DNA of 64,000 nucleotides from a virus (Duplodnaviria; Caudoviricetes). The notes beneath the pieces were generated by a model. It was not told the origin of the DNA, did not search any database, and worked only from the letters and a program-made list of their open reading frames with translations. Position numbers and translations under genes: made by a program. The DNA lies in the IMG/VR virus record IMGVR_UViG_2693429913_000001, positions 7,081 through 71,080 of that record; one strand, 5' to 3'. Shown here piece by piece: positions 18,683 to 27,495 of this stretch (position 1 is the stretch's first letter; every line of letters starts with the position of its first letter).

Positions 18683-18747
18683 AAAAATTCCTCCGAAATG
18701 TTGTAATAAGCCTTTCCACGATAAACAATACGATCTAAATATTGCAT
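18679..18747 (-). CDS. putative small peptide (22 aa)
   Basis: RBS AAGGAGGT; MQYLDRIVYRGKAYYNISEEFL. Confidence 0.35.
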   Translation of the reverse strand: MQYLDRIVYRGKAYYNISEEFL

Positions 18748-18914
18748 GATAGCCACAACCTCCTTATTTGTTTGATGTGCTTACGTCTTATAGATTCCCT
18801 TTTTAATATAAAGGAAACTTTTTAGTATATTAAATGTATTATGATAGTTGCTCTTCGATTCCCATAAGGAAAGGGACCTCCGAATGTATCAAGGAAGGTC
18901 CCCTCTATATGTGG

Positions 18915-19859
18915 CTATTTGATCCAGCGAAGTGGCTCTATTCCCTTTTGATTCGGCTTATCAATCTTTTGAATATGGGTTCCGTCTGCATTCATGGTGT
19001 AAAAAGGTGTGGATTGAAAAGAATTTCTCATATCGGAGAACAAGATACCTGATCCATCATTGGACCATAAGGGACAATAGGCAAATTCATCAAAGTCTTT
19101 CGTTAGATTCTGCTCAATTCCATCTAGTAGACTTTTCATATAGATATCCGATTGGGTGTCTCCATTTTCTGAGAAGCTTCTGGCAAACACAATCTTACTT
19201 CCATCAGGTGAAAGGGATGGACTTGTATCATCTTGCCCCATTAGGATATCCCTTGGTTCACTAGAACCATCGGTTTTCAACAAATTGAAATGTCTAGTTG
19301 AGGTCTCCCCTTGTCCGAGCCAAGTTGCGTACAGTACTTGAGATCCATCAAAATTACTCGTTGCGTCTGATTCATTGTCTAGAGTATGAGTGAGTCTGCG
19401 TTCTCCTGTTCCATCAGTGTTGATGAGAAAGACATCATCTGAGTGAGTGTCATCGCAGAAGCGAATAAATACGATCTTTTTTCCGTTCCCTGAATACTTA
19501 GCAAAGAGCCCTTTTGTCAAGACCTTTGGTCTTGTTCCATTCGTGTTCGATAGAATGATATTGTTATTTTCAAAAGGCGATACATATTGATTCTGTAATA
19601 CCTTTTTCCCATCTGGAGATACGTCCCATATCCGATCTAACTTAGGACTGAGTGTGCGTCCTCCACTCCCATCAGGATTAGCTACATTGAGAAAATAGCG
19701 AAAGATCGGCTCGTGATTCACCGTTCCATCTTGGATCATGTGCGAGTAATAGACTTTTCCATCTCCAGTAGGCGGTGAAGCAAATGTATTGGCAGGAGCC
19801 AAAATGAGCAAGCAATTAATGATACAGATTGTCAAAATTCGTTTCATATAGACCTCCAA
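18915..19859 (-). CDS. secreted TolB-like (PD40 repeat) beta-propeller protein
   Basis: Signal peptide MKRILTICII...ANTFA; repeats SPDGKKV, SPDGSKIVF, INTDGTGERRLT, MNADGT. Confidence 0.85.
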   Translation of the reverse strand: MEVYMKRILTICIINCLLILAPANTFASPPTGDGKVYYSHMIQDGTVNHEPIFRYFLNVANPDGSGGRTLSPKLDRIWDVSPDGKKVLQNQYVSPFENNNIILSNTNGTRPKVLTKGLFAKYSGNGKKIVFIRFCDDTHSDDVFLINTDGTGERRLTHTLDNESDATSNFDGSQVLYATWLGQGETSTRHFNLLKTDGSSEPRDILMGQDDTSPSLSPDGSKIVFARSFSENGDTQSDIYMKSLLDGIEQNLTKDFDEFAYCPLWSNDGSGILFSDMRNSFQSTPFYTMNADGTHIQKIDKPNQKGIEPLRWIK

Positions 19860-20276
19860 TGTTGTCGAATGATAGATCCATTATATCATATTATTATGAA
19901 TAGAAAAATTTAAATACAGAATGAAATATAGTCATTTTGCGAACCCCTCTTCCTTGCTTTCGGATAAGGAGATACCATTTCCATCTCCAATTTAACATCT
20001 AAATGTGGCATGAAGCTGGAACTACATAATTATCTCCCTTCACTTGGCTAAACCTCTCTTCAACAGATTGCATAAGGGATTCTATAAGAAAAGCTCATTT
20101 CATCACGCTCCCTATCTTATACACATTCTCAGATATTATTAAATATTAACATAAATATATTCAGATATATAATGATATGATAATTTTTATTATAAATATT
20201 TATTGATTTTTTAGTTATATTTATCGTAATATAGTGACTATAAACAAAAAGGGGAGTGGGTGGTTGACGACCAAGA

Positions 20277-20705
20277 TTGGCAGTGAGTGTTTACTTGGTA
20301 CAACTGACAGATTTTATAGAAAGGGTGAGGATAATCCGTATTCAACGAAGTCTTATGTATATGGGAATTATTCTGCTTGTCATAGTGAGCTCTTTGCATA
20401 TTAGACAATATTTGAAGTTAGGATCATCTTCGGATCTACATCTCTTGTTTGTCTGTTACTATCTTGTTATATTACTATCACTCACTACACTTTATATCGA
20501 AAGTAAATACAAGCATTTGCTAGTATATCTAATGCCAATTCCTCCATCATTTTTATTTCTGGGATTAATGGACCCACATGGTCTATATCCCATGATCAGT
20601 GTAGCGGCTATGTGGCTTATCGCATTTGTAGTTCACATGATTTGGTTGATGGTTTGCTTTTTTACAAAGGAAAATATAGAAAAGCGGTCGAGAAATCTAA
20701 GTTAG
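20277..20705 (+). CDS. membrane protein (about 4 TM)
   Basis: Four hydrophobic segments; true start uncertain. Confidence 0.6.
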   Translation: MAVSVYLVQLTDFIERVRIIRIQRSLMYMGIILLVIVSSLHIRQYLKLGSSSDLHLLFVCYYLVILLSLTTLYIESKYKHLLVYLMPIPPSFLFLGLMDPHGLYPMISVAAMWLIAFVVHMIWLMVCFFTKENIEKRSRNLS

Positions 20706-21001
20706 TATGGGAGTTATTTATAGTGAAAATTCAAAAGTGGCTCTATAGAATAGGGCTTGCTGTCATGGCTATAGGTTTCATGGCGGGTCTATTATTAGCA
20801 AACGTATCTGTTGTGACACCAAGTCAAGTATTCCCAGAATTGGGTCCCACAACAAAATCCACGTTTGTATGGTCTATAGCCCTTATGTGGTGGATCGGAT
20901 CAGCCGTGGGTGGAGGGATTTTGCTAGGGTTATCCCAAATGATCGAAAACCAACTTGCTCAAACCGACGAGTTACGAAAAAGTCGAAGCCGATCCTTCTA
21001 G
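20612..21001 (+). CDS. membrane protein (2 TM)
   Basis: Two TM helices and GILLGLSQMIE; likely start GTG ~20723 after GGGAG. Confidence 0.6.
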   Translation: MAYRICSSHDLVDGLLFYKGKYRKAVEKSKLVWELFIVKIQKWLYRIGLAVMAIGFMAGLLLANVSVVTPSQVFPELGPTTKSTFVWSIALMWWIGSAVGGGILLGLSQMIENQLAQTDELRKSRSRSF

Positions 21002-21011
21002 GGGTCGGCTT
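20986..21011. terminator. terminator between convergent genes
   Basis: AAGCCGATCC-TTCTAG-GGGTCGGCTT. Confidence 0.55.
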
Positions 21012-21027
21012 ATTCTATTTCACTGTT

Positions 21028-22098
21028 TTAATCGAATTCAGTGTACTTAGGTTGGATATGGTTTGTTAAATCATAAAAAATCAATAACATCTCCCACATG
21101 GGTACATAGTCTTCTAACACTTTCAGTTGCACAATATATTTATTGTCCGATTTGTTTTTTCGCATCTGTCTTTTTGTTGCCAAGGTTAACGAATGCTTTG
21201 CATATTGCTCTTTAAAAACCTCAAACATGTTATCACGGTCAATCTGGCTTAGTCTATGCTTAGTATATAACTCCTCCAAATCACCAAAATGTAATTCTGG
21301 AACCTGTATGACACAACCGTGTGATTCATAATAGTATTTGATACCCATTCCCATCAACAACTCATCATACTCCTTCTTAAAGGCATTAACGGCAGGATGA
21401 AAATGCTTGAAAGATAGATCTGTTAGAGAAACTCCATGCTTCAAACATAATTCTTTTCTTAAGTTTGAAATCTCTTGAACCTCAAGATTAGATAGAGCTC
21501 TATGCTCTTCGTCCTCTAACTGACAAGCATACATTTCTTTACGGTAAAGGATGATATTCTCCTCAGAAAGCCTAGTAAAAACAGAAGTTAACCCCCGTCT
21601 TAAGCGATTCAGCTCAGTTAAAACAAAATGACGTAAAACCACAATATCATCCTCAGTAAAAGCACTATGATATTTTTCCTTCAGCTTCCCAATATGTTCA
21701 ATCATGGTTAGATCATTGTTTGAAGCACTGATTATCTCTATATTCACAAAACCTATTTGAGTCAACCATTGATTCAACGACATTGATATGAACTTATCCC
21801 TGCAATATGTAAAAAAGTAATCCAAAACTAGATTATATAATGCATCGTTGTAAGGTACTACAGTTCCATTATTTCGGCGTTGATCCCTTCGCTCCACAAC
21901 ACTCTCAAATGGCTCCTCTAAAACAAACACCTTATTACGTCCACGTTTTTCTTCCTTAACAACACCATAATATTGCTTCATCGATTTCAGAAGACAATCA
22001 TTGCTTTCCTTTCTCCATTTACGACCGTTAGCAATACAGTTTCTTTGTGCTTTCGTTCCAAACCGTTCTACAGCCTCTTTCAGCATTAATACCAACAT
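21028..22098 (-). CDS. hypothetical phage protein (possible DNA-binding/replication protein)
   Basis: 356-aa ORF with a basic N-terminus (KRGRNKVFVL...RRDQRRNNG); preceded by a long inverted repeat. Confidence 0.65.
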   Translation of the reverse strand: MLVLMLKEAVERFGTKAQRNCIANGRKWRKESNDCLLKSMKQYYGVVKEEKRGRNKVFVLEEPFESVVERRDQRRNNGTVVPYNDALYNLVLDYFFTYCRDKFISMSLNQWLTQIGFVNIEIISASNNDLTMIEHIGKLKEKYHSAFTEDDIVVLRHFVLTELNRLRRGLTSVFTRLSEENIILYRKEMYACQLEDEEHRALSNLEVQEISNLRKELCLKHGVSLTDLSFKHFHPAVNAFKKEYDELLMGMGIKYYYESHGCVIQVPELHFGDLEELYTKHRLSQIDRDNMFEVFKEQYAKHSLTLATKRQMRKNKSDNKYIVQLKVLEDYVPMWEMLLIFYDLTNHIQPKYTEFD

Positions 22099-22119
22099 GG
22101 TTTCAGTCCTGTTCTGTTC

Positions 22120-22186
22120 AATAGGTACGTAAGATCAGTTTTAAAATAATATATATATATTTTATAATTGATTTTACGTACCTATT
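22120..22186. repeat. 29-bp inverted repeat (26/29) around an (AT)n core
   Basis: AATAGGTACGTAAGATCAGTTTTAAAATA-ATATATATA-TATTTTATAATTGATTTTACGTACCTATT. Confidence 0.9.
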
Positions 22187-22257
22187 ATTTAAGTAATGAA
22201 ATCATCCATCATATTTTTTTATACAATCTACAGTCAAAATAGGTTTATCTCTTCCCT

Positions 22258-23277
22258 TTACAAATCAAGCGTATCCAGAGATTGCAGTAATTTAATCTGG
22301 GTACTCCTATCTGCTTGTTTTACTAAATTCAACAACTGCTCATGTGATAAATCATCAAATCTTTCAATGGGTATATGATTATTCACATCGACGATAACTA
22401 AATCGTCAAGTGATTTCTTCGCCATATAATCATTTAGAGTGGTCGTAATAGAGGCATGATTCCCCTGTTGTTGCATGGCTTTCAAGTCATAGTTCGTTAT
22501 CACAGCAACTTCATTAATACTTGATTTTTTAAACGAATGGAAGGCGATCTTCCTGTCTTGGAAGTCCATATTATCTCTTAGATAGCTGATTAACCTATTC
22601 ACACTTTTATTAGTAAGTCGAAAAATTTTTTCTCCACCTACCAATTCTTTTTGCTTCATCAACGCATCATGAAGATCAGATGAGATTTTTTTGTAATCCC
22701 ATTTGTTCCCTTTGCCAAGAGTCCTTAAGAACCATACCCCATCACGTTCGATTAAACTGTCCCAAGTCAAATTCAGGATAGAGTCTTTTCGAAATGCAGT
22801 AGCATATGCCACTCGAATTAACAGCCCCTTTTCAAATCCCTTACGTGTTGTACCAACTAATTTGATAGCTTCTATGATTTCTAAATGTGTCATAGGATCA
22901 TAGGATACCTTGTCATGTTCAGCATATCGTTCCACTTCAAACCATGATGGTTTCACATCAAAACCGTACTCTGCTAATTTCTTATAGCATTTTTTCAGAG
23001 CGGAGAGACGAGAATTGACTGTTGCAGTTTTATATCGTTGTCGGAGCTGTACCTGATAAGACTCAATCTGCATTTTCGTGAATACCAAATCCCCTTCTAC
23101 TAGATCATCTACTGCCTTGCGACACATTGTCATGAAAAAATCTCTTATCGCAACCTCATAGGAAGTCCTTGTATGAATACTATTTTGCTCAATTCTCTCT
23201 AAAAATGTTTTAATACATTCCCATATGCTACTTCCAGTACTGCCATTTAACTGTAGTAAGTTATTTTGAAAGCTCAT
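22258..23277 (-). CDS. tyrosine recombinase/integrase-family protein (YopP-like)
   Basis: SAM-like N-domain, YATAFRKDS (R), GKGNK (K), FHSFKK, GNH...TTLNDY. Confidence 0.8.
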   Translation of the reverse strand: MSFQNNLLQLNGSTGSSIWECIKTFLERIEQNSIHTRTSYEVAIRDFFMTMCRKAVDDLVEGDLVFTKMQIESYQVQLRQRYKTATVNSRLSALKKCYKKLAEYGFDVKPSWFEVERYAEHDKVSYDPMTHLEIIEAIKLVGTTRKGFEKGLLIRVAYATAFRKDSILNLTWDSLIERDGVWFLRTLGKGNKWDYKKISSDLHDALMKQKELVGGEKIFRLTNKSVNRLISYLRDNMDFQDRKIAFHSFKKSSINEVAVITNYDLKAMQQQGNHASITTTLNDYMAKKSLDDLVIVDVNNHIPIERFDDLSHEQLLNLVKQADRSTQIKLLQSLDTLDL

Positions 23278-23304
23278 AAGATCACCACTCCCTATACTCT
23301 TTAT

Positions 23305-23520
23305 ATTATACGATTATTTTTATGTACTTATAAAGACCCAATTGAATCTTCTACATTAAGTTTAAAGATATTTCCTTCAATGAAAACTCAACCTCATACG
23401 CCGTTAAACCATTGTTAAAACAGGATCACTTACATAAAAATAGACTTTCACAAAACTAAAATCTAAACTAACTATCAGATTTAACATAATAGCCTCGTTT
23501 GACAAGTACATAAAAATAAT
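23305..23520. promoter_or_regulatory. divergent promoters, each with an AAGTACATAAAAATAAT box in the spacer
   Basis: Minus: TTTATA-AGTACATAAAAATAATCG-TATAAT (23334-23305). Plus: TTGACA (23499) AGTACATAAAAATAAT. Confidence 0.65.
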
Positions 23521-23548
23521 CATATAATATTAATATAGAGGTGACGAT

Positions 23549-25774
23549 ATGTCGAATAGAATCATAGTAATACCAAATAAAAAACTGTATTTCGATGAAA
23601 AAAACTATTATGGCATCTTTGCTTGCCAAGTTCATTCGAGGTCTGCTAACAAGATCACCCTAAACAAATATGGAACGATTAGTATTAAAGGCACTATGCC
23701 CCAACTTAAACTAGGTGAGAAATACTGCGTTTCACTAAAAGAAGATCCAAATGGTAAGTATCAAGGAAGTTACATTGTATTGAATCTCACGCAACTACTC
23801 CCTCAATCCAAAGAAGAACAGAAACTATTTTTTAAGTCATTCCTCCCTTCTGCTCAACTGAATCATATTTTTGAGATTTACAATGGGGAAGATATTATTT
23901 CGCTAATCAAAGAAGATAAATTTGACTATCGTAAGATCAAAGGGATGGAGAAAAAGGCTTTTGAAACAATCTATACAAAAGTAAATGAGATACTAACCAT
24001 AAATGAAATATCTACATTTATTCATCGGAACGGGATTCCATATCATTTAGTAGCCGATATATTTAAAAAATATACAAACACTGAGACTGTCATTGATCTA
24101 ATTGAGAATAATCCGTACTTGCTAACTGGAGTGATTGGTTTCCCCAAGGCAGACGAAATTGCAAAATCTATGGGGCATAGCTTAACAAGTCCCTTAAGAA
24201 TTGAAGCCTGCATTAAGTACGTGATCCAAGAAGAAAGTGTCAAAGGTCATACTTGGATTGACTATGATACACTACTTAATCGTTGTGCAACATATTTGTC
24301 CATTGATCGATCTTATATAGATACCTTGCTGACGGAAGGGACACCAGATATCGTCAAAAAGAGAAATCGATATACCTTGCGAGAGTTTTATAAGCAAGAA
24401 GAGTTAATAGCCATGAAAATGAACCAAATCAAGACTCAATCCAAACAGATTTTTACTCCAAAAGAAATAGACGCATTCTTGGACAATTATTGTACAAGCC
24501 ATCGAATCATACTTGATCACCATCAACGCAAATTCTTCCATGACTGGAACAACAACAATATTCTGTTCTTAATTGGAGGAGGAGGGATGGGAAAGAGCTG
24601 GATTCAACGCATCTTACTAGAGCTAGTAAAAAAGAAAAATCTTACGGTTGCCCTTCTAGCTCCTACTGGAAAAGCTAGTAAAGTGATGAGCCATTATACG
24701 GGAGAACAAGCATCCACCATACATAGAAAAATTAGAGCGAGTAAGTTCCTTGAAAAAGCTACGGGAAAGATTAAAGAAGACATCATCATCGTTGATGAGT
24801 CCAGTATGTGTGACATTTTTATTTTAGCTCAGTTATTTGACTCGATTGATAATCCAAATGTACGAATTTTGTTTGTAGGAGATGACTTTCAACTCCCCAG
24901 TATAGGAGCAGGAAACTTCTTCTATGATGCCATACATAGTCACTGTATCACCGCTTCGAAATTAGAAAAATTCTTCCGTCAAGAAGATGATGGCATTCTC
25001 AATGTAGCAACCCATGTTCGAAATGGAACCAACTTTTTAAAGGATCACTCAAAAGGTCAAATCTCTTTTGGCAATGATTGTCTATTCCATTTAGTCGATC
25101 CTCCTTACATTCAAAATCGATATTTACAACACTATAGTAAGCTTTTGGAACAATACGCCCCAGAGGATACCGTAATCCTCTCCCCTACTAAAAAAGGCAT
25201 ACTAGGGACAGCCATCATCAATCAAGAAATCCAGAATCTAGTTAATCCTGCAAGCCCCATGAAAAAAGAAATCGCATTTGGTAAAAGCTCTACTACTCGA
25301 TTCCGTGTGGATGATTTGGTAATGAATATTGTAAATTCATATGAAATGGAAGCAATAGGTGGAGAAAAATGTGAGGTTTTGAACGGAGATACAGGAAAAA
25401 TAGTCGATATTCTGAAGGATGAAAAGGTCATCATTGTAGACTTTGATGGTGTAGAGGTGAAAGTAAAGTTTAGCAATGTATTAAAGCACTTAGTTCATTC
25501 GTGGGCATTAACGATACACAAGAGCCAAGGTAGTCAGTATAAAGCTGTAATCGTCATTCTTGATGAGTCAATGGCCTACCAACTCAATGCAAATTTAATT
25601 TACACCGCTTTCTCTCGAGCCAAGAATCAATTGTTGGTTTTAGGACAAGCAAAAACGATTAACCATGGAGTCTCTAGATTTGCTAGTTTAGAAAGACGAA
25701 GTTTTTTACCTGAATTACTACATCAATTTAGTAAGCCCCATAAACATTCCGACCGTAACATTCATACCGCATAG
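23549..25774 (+). CDS. recD2: RecD2-like SF1B helicase
   Basis: NPYLL..IGFPKADEIA HhH region, GGGGMGKS, LLAPTGKA, IVDESSM, VGDDFQLPSIGAG, ALTIHKSQGSQY, YTAFSRAK. Confidence 0.92.
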   Translation: MSNRIIVIPNKKLYFDEKNYYGIFACQVHSRSANKITLNKYGTISIKGTMPQLKLGEKYCVSLKEDPNGKYQGSYIVLNLTQLLPQSKEEQKLFFKSFLPSAQLNHIFEIYNGEDIISLIKEDKFDYRKIKGMEKKAFETIYTKVNEILTINEISTFIHRNGIPYHLVADIFKKYTNTETVIDLIENNPYLLTGVIGFPKADEIAKSMGHSLTSPLRIEACIKYVIQEESVKGHTWIDYDTLLNRCATYLSIDRSYIDTLLTEGTPDIVKKRNRYTLREFYKQEELIAMKMNQIKTQSKQIFTPKEIDAFLDNYCTSHRIILDHHQRKFFHDWNNNNILFLIGGGGMGKSWIQRILLELVKKKNLTVALLAPTGKASKVMSHYTGEQASTIHRKIRASKFLEKATGKIKEDIIIVDESSMCDIFILAQLFDSIDNPNVRILFVGDDFQLPSIGAGNFFYDAIHSHCITASKLEKFFRQEDDGILNVATHVRNGTNFLKDHSKGQISFGNDCLFHLVDPPYIQNRYLQHYSKLLEQYAPEDTVILSPTKKGILGTAIINQEIQNLVNPASPMKKEIAFGKSSTTRFRVDDLVMNIVNSYEMEAIGGEKCEVLNGDTGKIVDILKDEKVIIVDFDGVEVKVKFSNVLKHLVHSWALTIHKSQGSQYKAVIVILDESMAYQLNANLIYTAFSRAKNQLLVLGQAKTINHGVSRFASLERRSFLPELLHQFSKPHKHSDRNIHTA

Positions 25775-25841
25775 TTCACTTTTCAATTTGATCCAATTCC
25801 AACACAACCAAAAAATCTTCTAACAAGGAGTGAACTAGAAA

Positions 25842-26204
25842 TTGCTAACACTAACAAAAAAACTATCTCAAAAAGAAGGGATAATAGAAGAGCTTACTTT
25901 AACCAATCCAATTGTAGTAAAACATCTCATTTTTTTTCGGGATCAGGTTGATATCACATATAACCCCAGCATACTTCCAACAAGTACTATATCTACTATC
26001 GATATTGAGATGGTTGCCACCTATATGTCATTGGACCTCGCCATTGCAAAGTGTAGATTCAGCAAAAAGGAACTAACGCTATTAAACTATTTATTTAAAG
26101 GCTATTCCGTTTTTGATGTGGTCAAGAAAACTCAACTTTATCCAACTAAAACAGCGTATCGAGTATTGGGTCGAATAGTCAACCGAATTGCACAAGTAAG
26201 CTGA
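25842..26204 (+). CDS. putative sigma70 region-4-like HTH protein
   Basis: C-terminal FSKKELTLL...KGYSVFDV...TAYRVLGRIV pattern; RBS AAGGAG. Confidence 0.5.
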   Translation: MLTLTKKLSQKEGIIEELTLTNPIVVKHLIFFRDQVDITYNPSILPTSTISTIDIEMVATYMSLDLAIAKCRFSKKELTLLNYLFKGYSVFDVVKKTQLYPTKTAYRVLGRIVNRIAQVS

Positions 26205-26288
26205 ATATAAGGAGTGAATAAAAATATTTCCTTAATAGTGACAAAAAAGTCGCTTCAAAAGGGGTATATATATGAAGGGATTTATATC

Positions 26289-26627
26289 ATGAAAATAATA
26301 TTGCCGAACGGAGAAGTAGTTGAATTAGACCAACATTTAAACATACATGAGAAAAAAGAGATAGTGGAGAAATTGAAATGCGAATGGATTGACACTATAA
26401 CAAAGGATAAGTATGCATGGTTTAACAATAACACCAAGTACTTCCTCGATTCACTTGCCAACTACTTAGTTTGGCATAAAGATAACATAGATAAATGTAA
26501 GCATGATAAAGAGGTTTTATCAAAAAAACGAGTCGATAAGCTTTCCAACTTCCGTAAAGATAGTAAAGAAATCCCCTTTTCTAATCTACCAAAGGAACAA
26601 CAACAAGACTTAGGTATCGAGGTTTAA
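26289..26627 (+). CDS. hypothetical phage protein
   Basis: ORF 26214..26627; ATG 26289 after GAAGGGA is the likelier start; FLDSLANYL motif. Confidence 0.65.
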   Translation: MKIILPNGEVVELDQHLNIHEKKEIVEKLKCEWIDTITKDKYAWFNNNTKYFLDSLANYLVWHKDNIDKCKHDKEVLSKKRVDKLSNFRKDSKEIPFSNLPKEQQQDLGIEV

Positions 26628-26630
26628 ATT

Positions 26631-26930
26631 ATGAACAGAGAAAAAAAGTTCGACTTGCTAGTAACAAATAACAAAGCCTACCAATGGTGCTACGTCGACA
26701 CCGAAAATACTTTCACTTTTATGAATCACACTCTCCAAATAAGTGAAGATGTAAAAGAATATGCCGTATATAACAAAGCTAAATATACAAATGGAGCACT
26801 AAACCAATACTCTAATAAAGCCTCTATGGAAAAAATTTTAATCGTAATGAACGCGAATAACCAACTAAATTTTTATAATGAAAACTTTAATCCCATTCCA
26901 TTTGAACACATTCAAGTCAAAGGAGCTTAA
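26631..26930 (+). CDS. hypothetical phage protein
   Basis: Tightly packed ORF in the operon. Confidence 0.6.
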   Translation: MNREKKFDLLVTNNKAYQWCYVDTENTFTFMNHTLQISEDVKEYAVYNKAKYTNGALNQYSNKASMEKILIVMNANNQLNFYNENFNPIPFEHIQVKGA

Positions 26931-26932
26931 CA

Positions 26933-27229
26933 GTGAATCTACAAAATCTCACGCACACTGTGTGGCAAGATGAGCGAATTCAAGAATTAGGAATTAAGAA
27001 AAAGGAAGTAGAATTGCTAATGAGTGTCTTATCAGACAAAATAGCAACTGGACTGGTAGATAAGAAGAAGATCAAAATTAAAGGTCTCTTTACTCTAGGA
27101 GTTCGTAAGGTAAAAGGTCGTAAAATCGCTCATCCACAGACCCATGAGCCTATGTACATCGATGACTACTATAGACTACATGTAAGCCCGTCAAAGAATC
27201 TGAAGGAACAGCTAAAAAAACTAGATTAA
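26933..27229 (+). CDS. HU/IHF-like DNA-binding protein (YonN-like)
   Basis: IKIKGLFTL.VRKVKGRKIAHPQTHEPMYI...PSKNLKE HU arm motif. Confidence 0.85.
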   Translation: MNLQNLTHTVWQDERIQELGIKKKEVELLMSVLSDKIATGLVDKKKIKIKGLFTLGVRKVKGRKIAHPQTHEPMYIDDYYRLHVSPSKNLKEQLKKLD

Positions 27230-27238
27230 TACACCCTT

Positions 27239-27313
27239 TAGACACACACAGCAAATCATATAAATTAGAAAATACAACTCAAAAATTACTAAGTATTCAT
27301 TGGTTGTGTCTAG
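27239..27313 (+). ncRNA. putative structured RNA unit 1 (ACAGCAAATCA hairpin)
   Basis: TAGACACA (27239-46) pairs with TGTGTCTA (27305-12), enclosing ACAGCAAATCA-N7-TAGAAAA; 75 nt. Confidence 0.6.
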
Positions 27314-27356
27314 TCCCCTCACTCATTCGAAGTACCTCTCCCCCCTCTCTCCAAAT

Positions 27357-27431
27357 GAGGCACATACAGCAAATCAAACTACATAGAAAACTAAAAGAAA
27401 ATCCCCCTCATCTAAGACAATCCGTGCCTAG
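27357..27431 (+). ncRNA. putative structured RNA unit 2 (ACAGCAAATCA hairpin)
   Basis: AGGCAC (27358-63) pairs with GTGCCT (27424-29); same ACAGCAAATCA-N7-TAGAAAA, same 75-nt length; A-U to G-C compensatory change relative to unit 1. Confidence 0.6.
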
Positions 27432-27495
27432 TTATATTTATCTCTATCATATCAATTTACAAAACATCTATTCCATTAGGGAAAGGGACAAACAA

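Noticed and set aside
17130-23500. Arbitrium aimR/aimP locus
   Set aside because: No HTH-TPR protein followed by a short signal-peptide ORF could be identified; the micro-ORFs at 18557-18747 lack signal peptides.
27239-27431. Tandem units as a mini-CRISPR array or tRNAs
   Set aside because: Only two units; the conserved parts are split ends enclosing a variable interior. No cas genes, cloverleaf or T-loop (GTTCRA) are visible.
27304-27495. 64-aa N-terminal extension of the DUF2828 ORF
   Set aside because: No RBS and implausible composition; it overlaps the hairpin units, and family-like sequence begins at ATG 27496.
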